NCBI GenBank assembly: GCA_039591655.1
Contig: JBDHDE010000009.1
Span: 1-64,000 of the forward strand
Direction: 5' to 3'
DNA length: 64,000 nucleotides
From: Gemmatimonadota bacterium
Lineage (GTDB): Bacteria; Gemmatimonadota; Gemmatimonadetes; Gemmatimonadales; GWC2-71-9
The position numbers and the translations under genes are program-made. Below, one piece after another: positions 1-7,856 of this stretch. The first letter of the stretch is position 1. Each line of letters starts with the position of its first letter. The notes below the pieces were generated by a model. That model was not told where the DNA came from. It was given only the letters and a program-made list of their open reading frames with translations, and made no database searches.

Positions 1-115
1 GCGGCCACCAGGGTCCTTCGTCGCGAGTCTGCCCGGACACCGATGACGCCATCGAGGCGATGGCCAGGAGACAGACGCAGGGAATCGCGAGTCGGCGTGA
101 AGGGTGGGAGATCAC
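1..115 (-). CDS. N-terminus of a secreted protein, probably cyclase (kynurenine formamidase-like) family; runs off the left edge
   Basis: Not in the ORF track. GAGGAGG RBS at 123-129 and GTG at 115 give MISHPSRRLAIPCVCLLAIASMASSVSGQTRDEGPWWP: a signal peptide followed by a GPWWP motif recalled from cyclase-family N-termini. Confidence 0.55.
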   Translation of the reverse strand, partial: MISHPSRRLAIPCVCLLAIASMASSVSGQTRDEGPWWP

Positions 116-405
116 GAGTGCACCTCCTCGGGTCGAGAACGGCCCCGCCAGTCCAACGTCGGTGGTCCTGGCGGTCACGTCCGTCGGTGGGGCGTCCAAC
201 TTTGGAGGCCGCTCGCTCTGGCGAGGCGGGCCGTCGAGGCCACTCGGCGGATCGACGGACATGGCTAAGGTGCAACGGCCAGCAGGTGAAACAAGCTTGA
301 TTCGGGTCGGGATTCGGCGGGTCCGGCAGGAGCCCTTCGAGGATGCGGGGCGCAGCGACTAGGTGTTTTGGCGGCCGCCCCCCCTAAGCCCACCAGCCCT
401 GGAGA

Positions 406-507
406 CTGGTAACGAGAGCAGCGCGATACCCTAGAAGCCCCGTGACGAAACGGCCTTGCAGCTCGGAGGATGTTGGGTGGGTCTCAGGCTGGACCCGGCC
501 TGATGCC
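406..507 (+). repeat. att-arm-like repeat, copy 1
   Basis: 102 bp, 90/102 identical to 525-626 by manual ungapped comparison; starts CTGGTAA. Confidence 0.9.
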
Positions 508-524
508 GTGGCATGATCTAGACG

Positions 525-626
525 CTGGTAACGGAAGCAGCGCGATACCTCGGAAGCCCCGTCAGGAAGCGGCCTTGCGGCTCGGAGGATGTTCGGTGGG
601 TCTCAGGCTGGACCCGGCGTAATGCC
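525..626 (+). repeat. att-arm-like repeat, copy 2
   Basis: Direct repeat of 406-507 with a 119-bp period; its first 92 bp match 1909-2000 at 66/92 without gaps. Confidence 0.9.
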
Positions 627-742
627 ACAATGTCTGTTACAATCGAGCGAGCCGACCTGCGCAGGCTCGCGGTCGCGGTGACGGGGCTGCATCTTGATCC
701 CCACTCACAAACTCAACCGGAACACCTGAAGGAGATGAGAAC

Positions 743-1686
743 GTGATTGAAGAGATCTCTGCGCAGGAGTTGAACACCGATCGGTTCATCGAGGAGAAGG
801 TCGACGAGATTCGCGCAGCCATAGGTGAAGGGATGGCGATCAACGCGCTCTCAGGAGGCGTGGATTCGTCGGCCGTCACGCTGCGTCTTCATCGACAACG
901 GCCTCATGCGGGAGCAGGAGCCAGATCAGGTTGTCGGTGCTTTCCAGAAGCTCGGCGTCCTGGTGGAGATCGTCGATGCGCGAGCAGAGTTCTTCGCGGC
1001 GCTCAAGGGAGTCACGGACCCGGAGGCCAAACGAGAATCTATCACCCAGACCTTCTACCGAAACGTGTTCGGACGCATCGTCAGGGAGAGCGGGGCCAAG
1101 TGCCTTCTCCAGGGAACCATCCTCACTGATGTCGATGAGACGGTGGCAGGGATCAAGCGGCAACACAACGTCTTTGCACAGCTCGGGATTGATCCGCAGG
1201 AGGCCTTTGGCTACCACATCGTTGAGCCGCTCATTCAGCTTCGCAAGGACGGCGTCAGAAGGGTGGGCAAGGCTCTCGGGCTTCCGGACGAGATCAGCGA
1301 GCGCATTCCGTTCCCAGGACCGGCGCTCTCGGCACGCGTGATAGGGGAAGCAACACCCGAGCGGATAGAGACCGTCCGAAAAGCAACTGCAGTTGTAGAG
1401 CGATTGCTGGGAGGGACAGGCGCATTCCAATATCTGGCGATCCTTCATGAAGACCGCGTGACCGGTATGCGGGACGGCAAGCGTGATTTTGGCCAGCAGA
1501 TCGAGGTGCGTTGTTGGGACAGCGTGGACGCGCGGACTGCCACGCCAACTCGGCTCTCGTCCGAGATCCTCGAGAAGCTCGCGCTCGAGGTCATCCGCGA
1601 GGTGCCAGACATTGTCAGCGTCACGTACAACATGGCGCCAAAGCCTCCCTCCGCCAAAGCCTCCCTCGACGATCGAGGCGATCTGA
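743..1686 (+). pseudogene. guaA: GMP synthase subunit B (ATP pyrophosphatase plus dimerisation domain), disrupted twice
   Basis: Motifs SGGVDSS, FIDNGLMR, LLQGTI, IKRQHNV, PFPGPAL, VTYN..KPPSTIEAI. Frameshift at ~884 and a 16-bp tandem duplication at 1636-1667. Confidence 0.85.
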
Positions 1687-1792
1687 CGTCACAAGCCCGG
1701 CAGGACTCGTTGCGCTGGCAGACGCGGCCCTCCGCTGAGTCCTTGGCTCCAGAGGATAGCGGTGGCGCTCGTGAGCATCGGTGGGCGTCGGT

Positions 1793-1813
1793 CCCGCATC
1801 TGGACCCGCGGAG
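1793..1813 (+). repeat. left-arm att-like repeat CCCGCATCTGGACCCGCGGAG
   Basis: 21 bp identical to 6478-6498. Confidence 0.9.
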
Positions 1814-1900
1814 GCCTAGTTTGCGCGTAGTTTGGGTCTCTGCTCAGATAGGGGGCAAGTAGCGACAACGACTTACGCAGCCGGACGAACGGCGAGGACT

Positions 1901-2000
1901 CTTAGGAGCTGGTAAGCGGAGCCGCCTGACCCCTCGCAAGACCCGTCACGCAGGCCACTTACGGATCGGCCAATCTTCGGTGGGTCTCAGTTTGGGTCCG
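1901..2000 (+). mobile_element. att-like site: tRNA-Leu anticodon-loop core CTTAGGAGCTGGT plus right arm (repeat copy 3)
   Basis: 1901-1913 is identical to tRNA positions 6683-6695; 1909-2000 is colinear with the 406 and 525 repeats. Confidence 0.7.
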
Positions 2001-2080
2001 CTTCTTCTCCCTGGCAGGACGACTCCCGCTCTAGTGGTGGGGTTGGGGAAGAACAGCGCCCGGCGCGGGGCCGCACAGCG

Positions 2081-2114
2081 AAAAGCCCCGAACGCCGCTG
2101 GGACGTTCGGGGCT
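2081..2114 (-). terminator. Rho-independent terminator after the matrixin gene
   Basis: 11-bp stem AGCCCCGAACG/CGTTCGGGGCT ending in a short T-run on the minus strand. Confidence 0.7.
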
Positions 2115-2143
2115 GTGCGATAGGGCACCGCGTGGATCAGTCT

Positions 2144-3151
2144 CTACTGACCCCGTGCATATAGGGACCTGAGCCCTGCAACATCGGGGGGCAACGGCGT
2201 GCGCTCCTCGCCACCCAGGTAGAATGGGTTCATAACAGCTTCGGGGTTGAACACCCTCAGGTTCGGCTTGAGTTTGAATGGTTGATTCCCGTTCGGTCGG
2301 TCATAATGGATCGGCCCACCGAAATGGCCAAGTCCGACGGCGTGTCCATTCTCGTGTACGGCGATCGTCTCGATGTCGATTGGCGCGGTCTCATCGAGGT
2401 AGACCGCGTCGGTTGTGGTCCACGCAAAGTCCGCGTTGTACAACTGCTCTACATAGAGCATATCCCGGTAGCCATCACCGTCGGTATCTGGCACCGAAAA
2501 CCACCAAGTCACGCCGATGATGGAACTGCTGCCCAGGCAGTCCTCGAAATACGCCGGATCGATCCAGCCTCCAACCACGATGTGCGCGGCGGGAATGAAC
2601 GCAATCAGACCGGTGTTCGGGTCATAGAAGATCAGGTTGTCTGCAGCAAGATCGACGATGTCGATACAGTTCCCACCAGGGTCGAGGATAACTCCGTCTA
2701 GGATGTCGTAGTTACCACCGATGTCTGGAAGTCGGTTCGCCAGAAGGCTGGTATTGTCGATGTTGTTCCAGCTGTCATAGGCACTCACGAGTACTGCGTC
2801 CACGTCCCCAGACAAAACGTCGGTCGTATAGTCAGACTCGTCGAGCATGTAGGTCACTTGCGGATTTGACCAACGGGTTCCAGTGCGGAGGCGACCGAAT
2901 GGGTCCGTGCCCGGGCCGATACGGAAGAGCCATGGGTACTCCAGACGCATCTCGCTACCACTTGCTTCGAGCCCTGCATTGACTCGCTCCACAAAGGCAG
3001 CGATCTGTTCATATGCTGGATCGACCTGATTCCCCGATTTCCTAGCAAACGCCGGGTCGCCAGCGGACTGTGTGGCTGTCGGAGTCGTCGTTGGCTGCTC
3101 GCACGCGGTGAGGACTGCGAAGGCTGCTAACAGAGGGATGCAGCGTTTCAT
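2144..3151 (-). CDS. matrixin (M10-like metzincin) metalloprotease, lipoprotein
   Basis: HENGHAVGLGH zinc motif, AVMNP Met-turn, lipobox LTAC; GGAGG RBS before ATG 3151. Confidence 0.85.
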   Translation of the reverse strand: MKRCIPLLAAFAVLTACEQPTTTPTATQSAGDPAFARKSGNQVDPAYEQIAAFVERVNAGLEASGSEMRLEYPWLFRIGPGTDPFGRLRTGTRWSNPQVTYMLDESDYTTDVLSGDVDAVLVSAYDSWNNIDNTSLLANRLPDIGGNYDILDGVILDPGGNCIDIVDLAADNLIFYDPNTGLIAFIPAAHIVVGGWIDPAYFEDCLGSSSIIGVTWWFSVPDTDGDGYRDMLYVEQLYNADFAWTTTDAVYLDETAPIDIETIAVHENGHAVGLGHFGGPIHYDRPNGNQPFKLKPNLRVFNPEAVMNPFYLGGEERTPLPPDVAGLRSLYARGQ

Positions 3152-3304
3152 GGCGTGCCTCCAGTTGGCTGTGGCGATGCGGGTGTGCGCAGCAGGAGCT
3201 TCTGCCCCCCGGCGGATCGACGGATACCGCAAATGTGTCGCTGGGGGCACAACTCGCAAGGGCAAATCTGAAGCGGGTTCTTTCAGTTTAGCGGCCCCGA
3301 GACA

Positions 3305-3333
3305 CCAGCGCCCGGCTCGGGGCCGGGCGCTGG
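3305..3333. terminator. palindromic hairpin (CAGCGCCCGGC family)
   Basis: 12-bp perfect stem immediately after the stop at 3335. Confidence 0.65.
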
Positions 3334-3334
3334 G

Positions 3335-3703
3335 TCAGTTCTCAGGTAGGCTCTCGATCACCGCGATGGTGACCACTACTCCGACCACGACCAGTGCGCC
3401 GAAGATCACCCCAACTGTCAGCAGAGTGTCGGCCTCCTTGAGTTCAATGGCCGACACGTCAGCAAGCGGGACGCGGTACGGCTCGGTCCCATCGTAGCCC
3501 GAGAGGGTGTCACCGGACACCTGTGGCCCCGTAAGCACGACCTTCGAGCCGTCTGCCAACTTCACCAACACCTTGTCTGGTTGTTCCTGAGCGATCACCT
3601 GCTGCGGACTCAGATCCTGCGTTTGCCACGTCGTGCAGGCGGCTAGGTGCGTCGGCAGCAGGATGAAGGCGATGAGGCGTCGAAACGGTGGGTGTGCGTG
3701 CAT
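3335..3703 (-). CDS. small hypothetical lipoprotein with C-terminal TM helix
   Basis: GGAG RBS, lipobox LAAC, hydrophobic C-terminus. Confidence 0.7.
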   Translation of the reverse strand: MHAHPPFRRLIAFILLPTHLAACTTWQTQDLSPQQVIAQEQPDKVLVKLADGSKVVLTGPQVSGDTLSGYDGTEPYRVPLADVSAIELKEADTLLTVGVIFGALVVVGVVVTIAVIESLPEN

Positions 3704-3790
3704 TGCTCCCCCCTGATCTCCTCGCCCAAACGTGCCACCACGGGCACCCCAAACAAGAGCAGAAGCACTCGGGATTAAGCCCAGACACAA

Positions 3791-3817
3791 CAGCGCCCGG
3801 CGGGGGGTCGGGCGCTG
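3791..3817. terminator. palindromic hairpin (CAGCGCCCGGC family)
   Basis: 11-bp near-perfect stem just after the stop at 3824. Confidence 0.6.
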
Positions 3818-3823
3818 CACTGT

Positions 3824-6070
3824 CTATGGACACACATCGTCAGCTGCATCCTCCACCGCATCGATCAGGGCCTGCGCCTGTCCTTGGCTGAGCGGCGGGG
3901 TCAAATCGTTCACCTGGCCCCTGAATGCTTTGACTTGGCCGGTGATGGCCGAGCACGGTCGGCCAGCGTTGATGAAACGGAGGGTTCTGTTAAGCGTCCT
4001 GTTCAGAGTGTTGCCCTGTTCCGGCGTGAGAGTGCCGTCATCCACCAAATCCTGGATTCCGTCTTGAACTGCTCCGATCTGGTCCTGTGGGGTGACGGCG
4101 ACCTCAAGAACCCAAAGCGTGGCATGAGACTCACCCGGACCCGTTGTACTCTCGCCCACGACCGCGACGACGCCATTCTCATCAGCTTCGCTGACGTCGA
4201 AAGCCTCACTGGAACCCGTGGCGAACGAGCCGAGGTCAACCATTCCACTCGCCGCGCTCCAGAAGAAGGCTCGGAAGTCGCCAGACGCGAGGCGGCTTGC
4301 TCCGACCACATGGCCGCTACTGTTTATGGCATTGGCGCGACTCAGATCACCTCCCAGCGTTCCAAGGCTCACCATCCCGGCAGTTCTGGTCCACCGAAAT
4401 GCTCGGATTCCTCCGGCAGCGTCTCGACTTTCCCCAACTACAATGCGCAAATCGTTGATATCCGCTCCCTGACTGCAGCAGCCGCCGAGTGTGCCGAGGT
4501 CCTCCATACCCGCAGCTGGCGTCCAGAGGATTGCATGTTGATCTGCCGACGCGGTGGTGCTGAAGCCCGCTACCTCTCCCAACTCATTGATCCCCCCACC
4601 GCGGCTCAGGTTGCCGCCAGGCAAGGTTCCGAGATCTAGCAGGGGGGCTGTCTCAGTCCAGATAACAGCTCGCAGCCCCGCGGGAAAAGCCCCCAGCCCG
4701 AGTATCTGTCTGCCGTTGTTGATATCCCCGACGTCCAACACGACGCCTCCTGAAAGGGATCTGATGTCCACCATGCCGCCAAGCTCTGTCCACAGCCACG
4801 TCGTAGAACCGGTCCCGACCACTTGGCCGAGGTCATTGATGCCGACCGCAGTGCTATGGGTCAGACCAGTTGCCGTGCCAAGATCCCTCATGGCGTCTCG
4901 TGCGGTCCACAGGAAGGCACGTGGCACACTAGTGCCCGAGACTGTGCTGAAGCCCACGACCTGCCCGAGGCTGTTAGTGCCTAGAGCGCGGCTTTGATTG
5001 TGACCTGGCAGCGCCCCTAGATCGGTCATTGAGAGAATCGACATGCCGGGTGCCGGACTGATTCCGACTTCAAACAGAAAGATGTCGTTGTTTCCGTTGC
5101 GGGAATCGGTCCACACTATGCGGTCCCCAGAGATCGCGGGGTCACGCTGTCCGAACGGATCCGTAGTTACTTGAGACTCGCCTCCGCTGACCAGGTCAAG
5201 CATGAAGATGTCCAGGTTACCGTTCCGGCCATCCTGCCACGCGATCCGATCACCAGAGATTGAGGGCTGTTCTTGATCGGCTAGATCGGCAGTGAGCTGA
5301 ATCTCCGTCCCAGTGGCCAAGTCGAACATGAAGACGTCGAAGTTCCCGTTCCTACTGTCGTCCCACACGAGCCGGTCCTGGAAGACCCCGAGATACCGCG
5401 AGAGCGACCCGATTCCAGAGTGGAAGTGCGTCTCTGTTCCAGCCGTAACGTCGTACATCGCGATCACCCTAGCCCCAGAAATGGCGACGTATTCAAGCCA
5501 GAAGATGCGGTCGCGGTCAATGACGGGATAGGACTCAATGTTGTTGTCATTCGTGATCTGGGTCTCGACGCCACTTGCCAAGTCGAACATGAAGATGTCC
5601 ACGTTGCCTGCATCACCGCGCCAGACGACGCGGTCACCCGAGATCGCTGGCATGAACTCGTGGGTCGATGCGGTACTAATCTGGGTTTCCGACCCCGTTG
5701 CCAAGTCGAACATATAGACGTCAAAGTTGCCGTTTCGAAGGTCCAACCAGACAATCCGACCCGCCGAGATGGCTGGCTCGAGCTGATCACTGGGGTCACT
5801 TGTGATCTGAGTTTCGGCTCCCGTACCCAGGTCAAGAAGAAAGACGTCCGAGTTACCGTTACGATTGTCGGCCCACACTACATGATCCCCGTCAATAGCG
5901 GGTTGGATCTGCGAGGCCGGGTCCGTCGTAATTGGGCTCTCGGTGCCTATGGCGATCCCGGTTGCTGCGAACAACGGCGGCGGCTGATGTGCAACTACAT
6001 ACGGTTCTGTAGCATCGCTGCAGGCACCGAGTACGATCGTGGCAAGGCCCAGCAGGGCAATACGCTTCAT
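3824..6070 (-). CDS. lipoprotein with seven PAISGDRIVW-type beta-propeller repeats, seven HAF-type repeats and a helical C-terminus
   Basis: Lipobox LGAC; repeats PAISGDRIVWxDxRNGNxDIF and AFxWT..GMxDLGTLGG..S.A..IN..G.VVG; GGAGG RBS. Confidence 0.85.
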   Translation of the reverse strand: MKRIALLGLATIVLGACSDATEPYVVAHQPPPLFAATGIAIGTESPITTDPASQIQPAIDGDHVVWADNRNGNSDVFLLDLGTGAETQITSDPSDQLEPAISAGRIVWLDLRNGNFDVYMFDLATGSETQISTASTHEFMPAISGDRVVWRGDAGNVDIFMFDLASGVETQITNDNNIESYPVIDRDRIFWLEYVAISGARVIAMYDVTAGTETHFHSGIGSLSRYLGVFQDRLVWDDSRNGNFDVFMFDLATGTEIQLTADLADQEQPSISGDRIAWQDGRNGNLDIFMLDLVSGGESQVTTDPFGQRDPAISGDRIVWTDSRNGNNDIFLFEVGISPAPGMSILSMTDLGALPGHNQSRALGTNSLGQVVGFSTVSGTSVPRAFLWTARDAMRDLGTATGLTHSTAVGINDLGQVVGTGSTTWLWTELGGMVDIRSLSGGVVLDVGDINNGRQILGLGAFPAGLRAVIWTETAPLLDLGTLPGGNLSRGGGINELGEVAGFSTTASADQHAILWTPAAGMEDLGTLGGCCSQGADINDLRIVVGESRDAAGGIRAFRWTRTAGMVSLGTLGGDLSRANAINSSGHVVGASRLASGDFRAFFWSAASGMVDLGSFATGSSEAFDVSEADENGVVAVVGESTTGPGESHATLWVLEVAVTPQDQIGAVQDGIQDLVDDGTLTPEQGNTLNRTLNRTLRFINAGRPCSAITGQVKAFRGQVNDLTPPLSQGQAQALIDAVEDAADDVCP

Positions 6071-6477
6071 GAGGGACCTCCGGTGGCGGAACGGTATCCA
6101 GGTGCACAGACGCCCAATCGCCCGGACAATTACGTCCGAGCCTCGTCTCCACCCCCTCATCCCATGTATTTGAACGGAATCCGCTAGGCCGATTGCTTAC
6201 AGCCGTGCGCCGGTGCTCCGGTGCTGCGCCTAACTAGTAGTAAACTGTATTCTTGCCTGCCCCTCGGGCGTGCCGCGCAGGCCTAACGTGAAGCTCCACC
6301 GGAGAATTCTGCGAGCACCACAGCTTAATCCGCTCGCAGCCTAATCCGCACAAGCGCCGCCTGGACAGGGAGCCGCCGTGGGGATCTTCCTCTCACCAAT
6401 CTGTGATTCGGAAACCCGCCCGGCCAGGACTATCCGGGGGCGTCAGGTGCTCGAATTGGGACATTCGATCAGGTGGA

Positions 6478-6498
6478 CCCGCATCTGGACCCGCGGAG
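6478..6498 (+). repeat. left-arm att-like repeat upstream of tRNA-Leu
   Basis: Identical to 1793-1813; TGGACCC occurs twice with a 12-bp period. Confidence 0.9.
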
Positions 6499-6650
6499 AT
6501 ACCGGAGAATGCCCCACCAAACCGCCGACCATGCGGGAAAACACCACATCTGAAGATCGACCTGGACCCGTCCCCGAGGACCCAGAAGCCCCGTCCTCCG
6601 GGCGCATTCCCTATGCTGACAAGGACTTAGATTTTACCTTATGTGATCCC

Positions 6651-6732
6651 GCGGCCGTGGCGGAACTGGTAGACGCGCCAGCCTTAGGAGCTGGTGGGGC
6701 AACCCGTGGGGGTTCGAGTCCCTCCGGCCGCA
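6651..6732 (+). tRNA. tRNA-Leu (anticodon TAG), CCA not encoded
   Basis: Acceptor GCGGCCG/CGGCCGC, D-loop TGGTAGAC, stem CCAGC/GCTGG with loop CTTAGGA, long variable arm, GGTTCGAGTCC T-arm. Confidence 0.97.
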
Positions 6733-6736
6733 TCGA

Positions 6737-6772
6737 AAGAGCGCCTCGACCTGGTTCCGTCGCGGCGCTCTT
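6737..6772. terminator. hairpin after the tRNA, between convergent genes
   Basis: AAGAGCGCC...GGCGCTCTT inverted repeat. Confidence 0.6.
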
Positions 6773-6799
6773 CGCTTGCATAGGCGAGCGGGATCCCAG

Positions 6800-7591
6800 C
6801 TAGCCGCCTCCGGTCCCCTCCCCTGGGGTCCCGGTACCCGGCCCGGATCGCGGCTCCGGCACGTGCGCCTGCCGCGCCGCCTGCTCAGCCCGCTGTTGCC
6901 TGTCCCGCCACCGTTTGCGCGGCTCCTCCTTGGACAACTTGTGGAGGTTCTTGCCGAAGCGGATCACGAGCACCGCGAACATCGCCAGCGCCATCAGCGC
7001 CACCGCCGCGTTGGCGACGAACCGCACCTCATTCCCGAGCCCCGGCAAGAGGGTGGAGCTGAGCCAGAGCGCGACGTTCGCGAGGATCAGGACGATGCGG
7101 GCCTCGGTAGGACCGATCCGAGCGTACGCGATCTTGAATACGCCGAAGACGGCCGATTCGAGATAGACGTTGATGGAAAGCGTGAGGTAGACCAACATCA
7201 GGACCAGTGCCAGATCGAGCCGCACGTACGGCGACAGGCCCAAGCCGATGCCGATCACGGCCGTGGTGAACGCGTCCACGACGTGGTCGATGTAGTACCC
7301 GTAGCGCGGCCGCTCGGCCTTGCGCACCCGGGCCAGGGTTCCGTCCAGGCTGTCCCCGAACCAGTTGACCACCAACATCATGCTCGCGAACCACAGCCAG
7401 TCCGGATCGCGCCCGGAGAGCGCGTAGCCAGCTCCGCAGCCCACGGCTCCGAGCACTCCAAGGGCCGTGAAGTGGTTGGGGTTGAGCCAACCGGGCACGC
7501 GGGCGGCCATCGCGCGGAGCATGCGACGCTCCGGCTCCGCCAGCAGGAAGGTCATCTCACGCTTCGCTTTCGCCGTCTCTCCCGTCGCCAT
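6800..7591 (-). CDS. CDP-alcohol phosphatidyltransferase family protein
   Basis: DSLDGTLAR...GYYIDHVVD signature; TM helices; GGAG RBS before ATG 7591. Confidence 0.9.
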   Translation of the reverse strand: MATGETAKAKREMTFLLAEPERRMLRAMAARVPGWLNPNHFTALGVLGAVGCGAGYALSGRDPDWLWFASMMLVVNWFGDSLDGTLARVRKAERPRYGYYIDHVVDAFTTAVIGIGLGLSPYVRLDLALVLMLVYLTLSINVYLESAVFGVFKIAYARIGPTEARIVLILANVALWLSSTLLPGLGNEVRFVANAAVALMALAMFAVLVIRFGKNLHKLSKEEPRKRWRDRQQRAEQAARQAHVPEPRSGPGTGTPGEGTGGG

Positions 7592-7856
7592 GGTCTCCGT
7601 CCCCGTCGTGAGTCCCGCAGGAGGCAGCGACTGCCCCCGGACACGTCGTAAACTGCGCGTTGGCTCCGTCAGGCACCAGCAGGCCCCACCGACTATCGGG
7701 CCGGCGCCGTCCTCAGGCCGATGGCTGCCGCTCGACGCCGGCCCGGGTCGCCACCACCACGGCCCCGCAGGTGATCGACCCTGGGGGCCTGCGGTCACCC
7801 GGGTTAGATTTCGCGCCTCGGATATCGTGCCCCTTTTCCGGTGTAGATTGCGGTAG

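Noticed and set aside
43..362. Plus-strand ORFs 43..300 and 60..362
   Set aside because: No recognisable motifs, and they overlap a better-supported minus-strand gene start.
406..626. Known riboswitch (purine, glycine, TPP, ykkC, ZTP) or CRISPR array
   Set aside because: The conserved cores are absent; only CTCAGG..GGAC resembles the glycine aptamer. The units are 102 bp with a 17-bp gap, unlike CRISPR, and no cas genes are present.
1687..1862. C-terminal extension of ORF 825..1862
   Set aside because: Artefact of the 16-bp duplication; the natural end is at 1686.
6378..6803. 141-aa ORF as an integrase remnant
   Set aside because: It runs through the tRNA and shows no tyrosine recombinase catalytic motifs.
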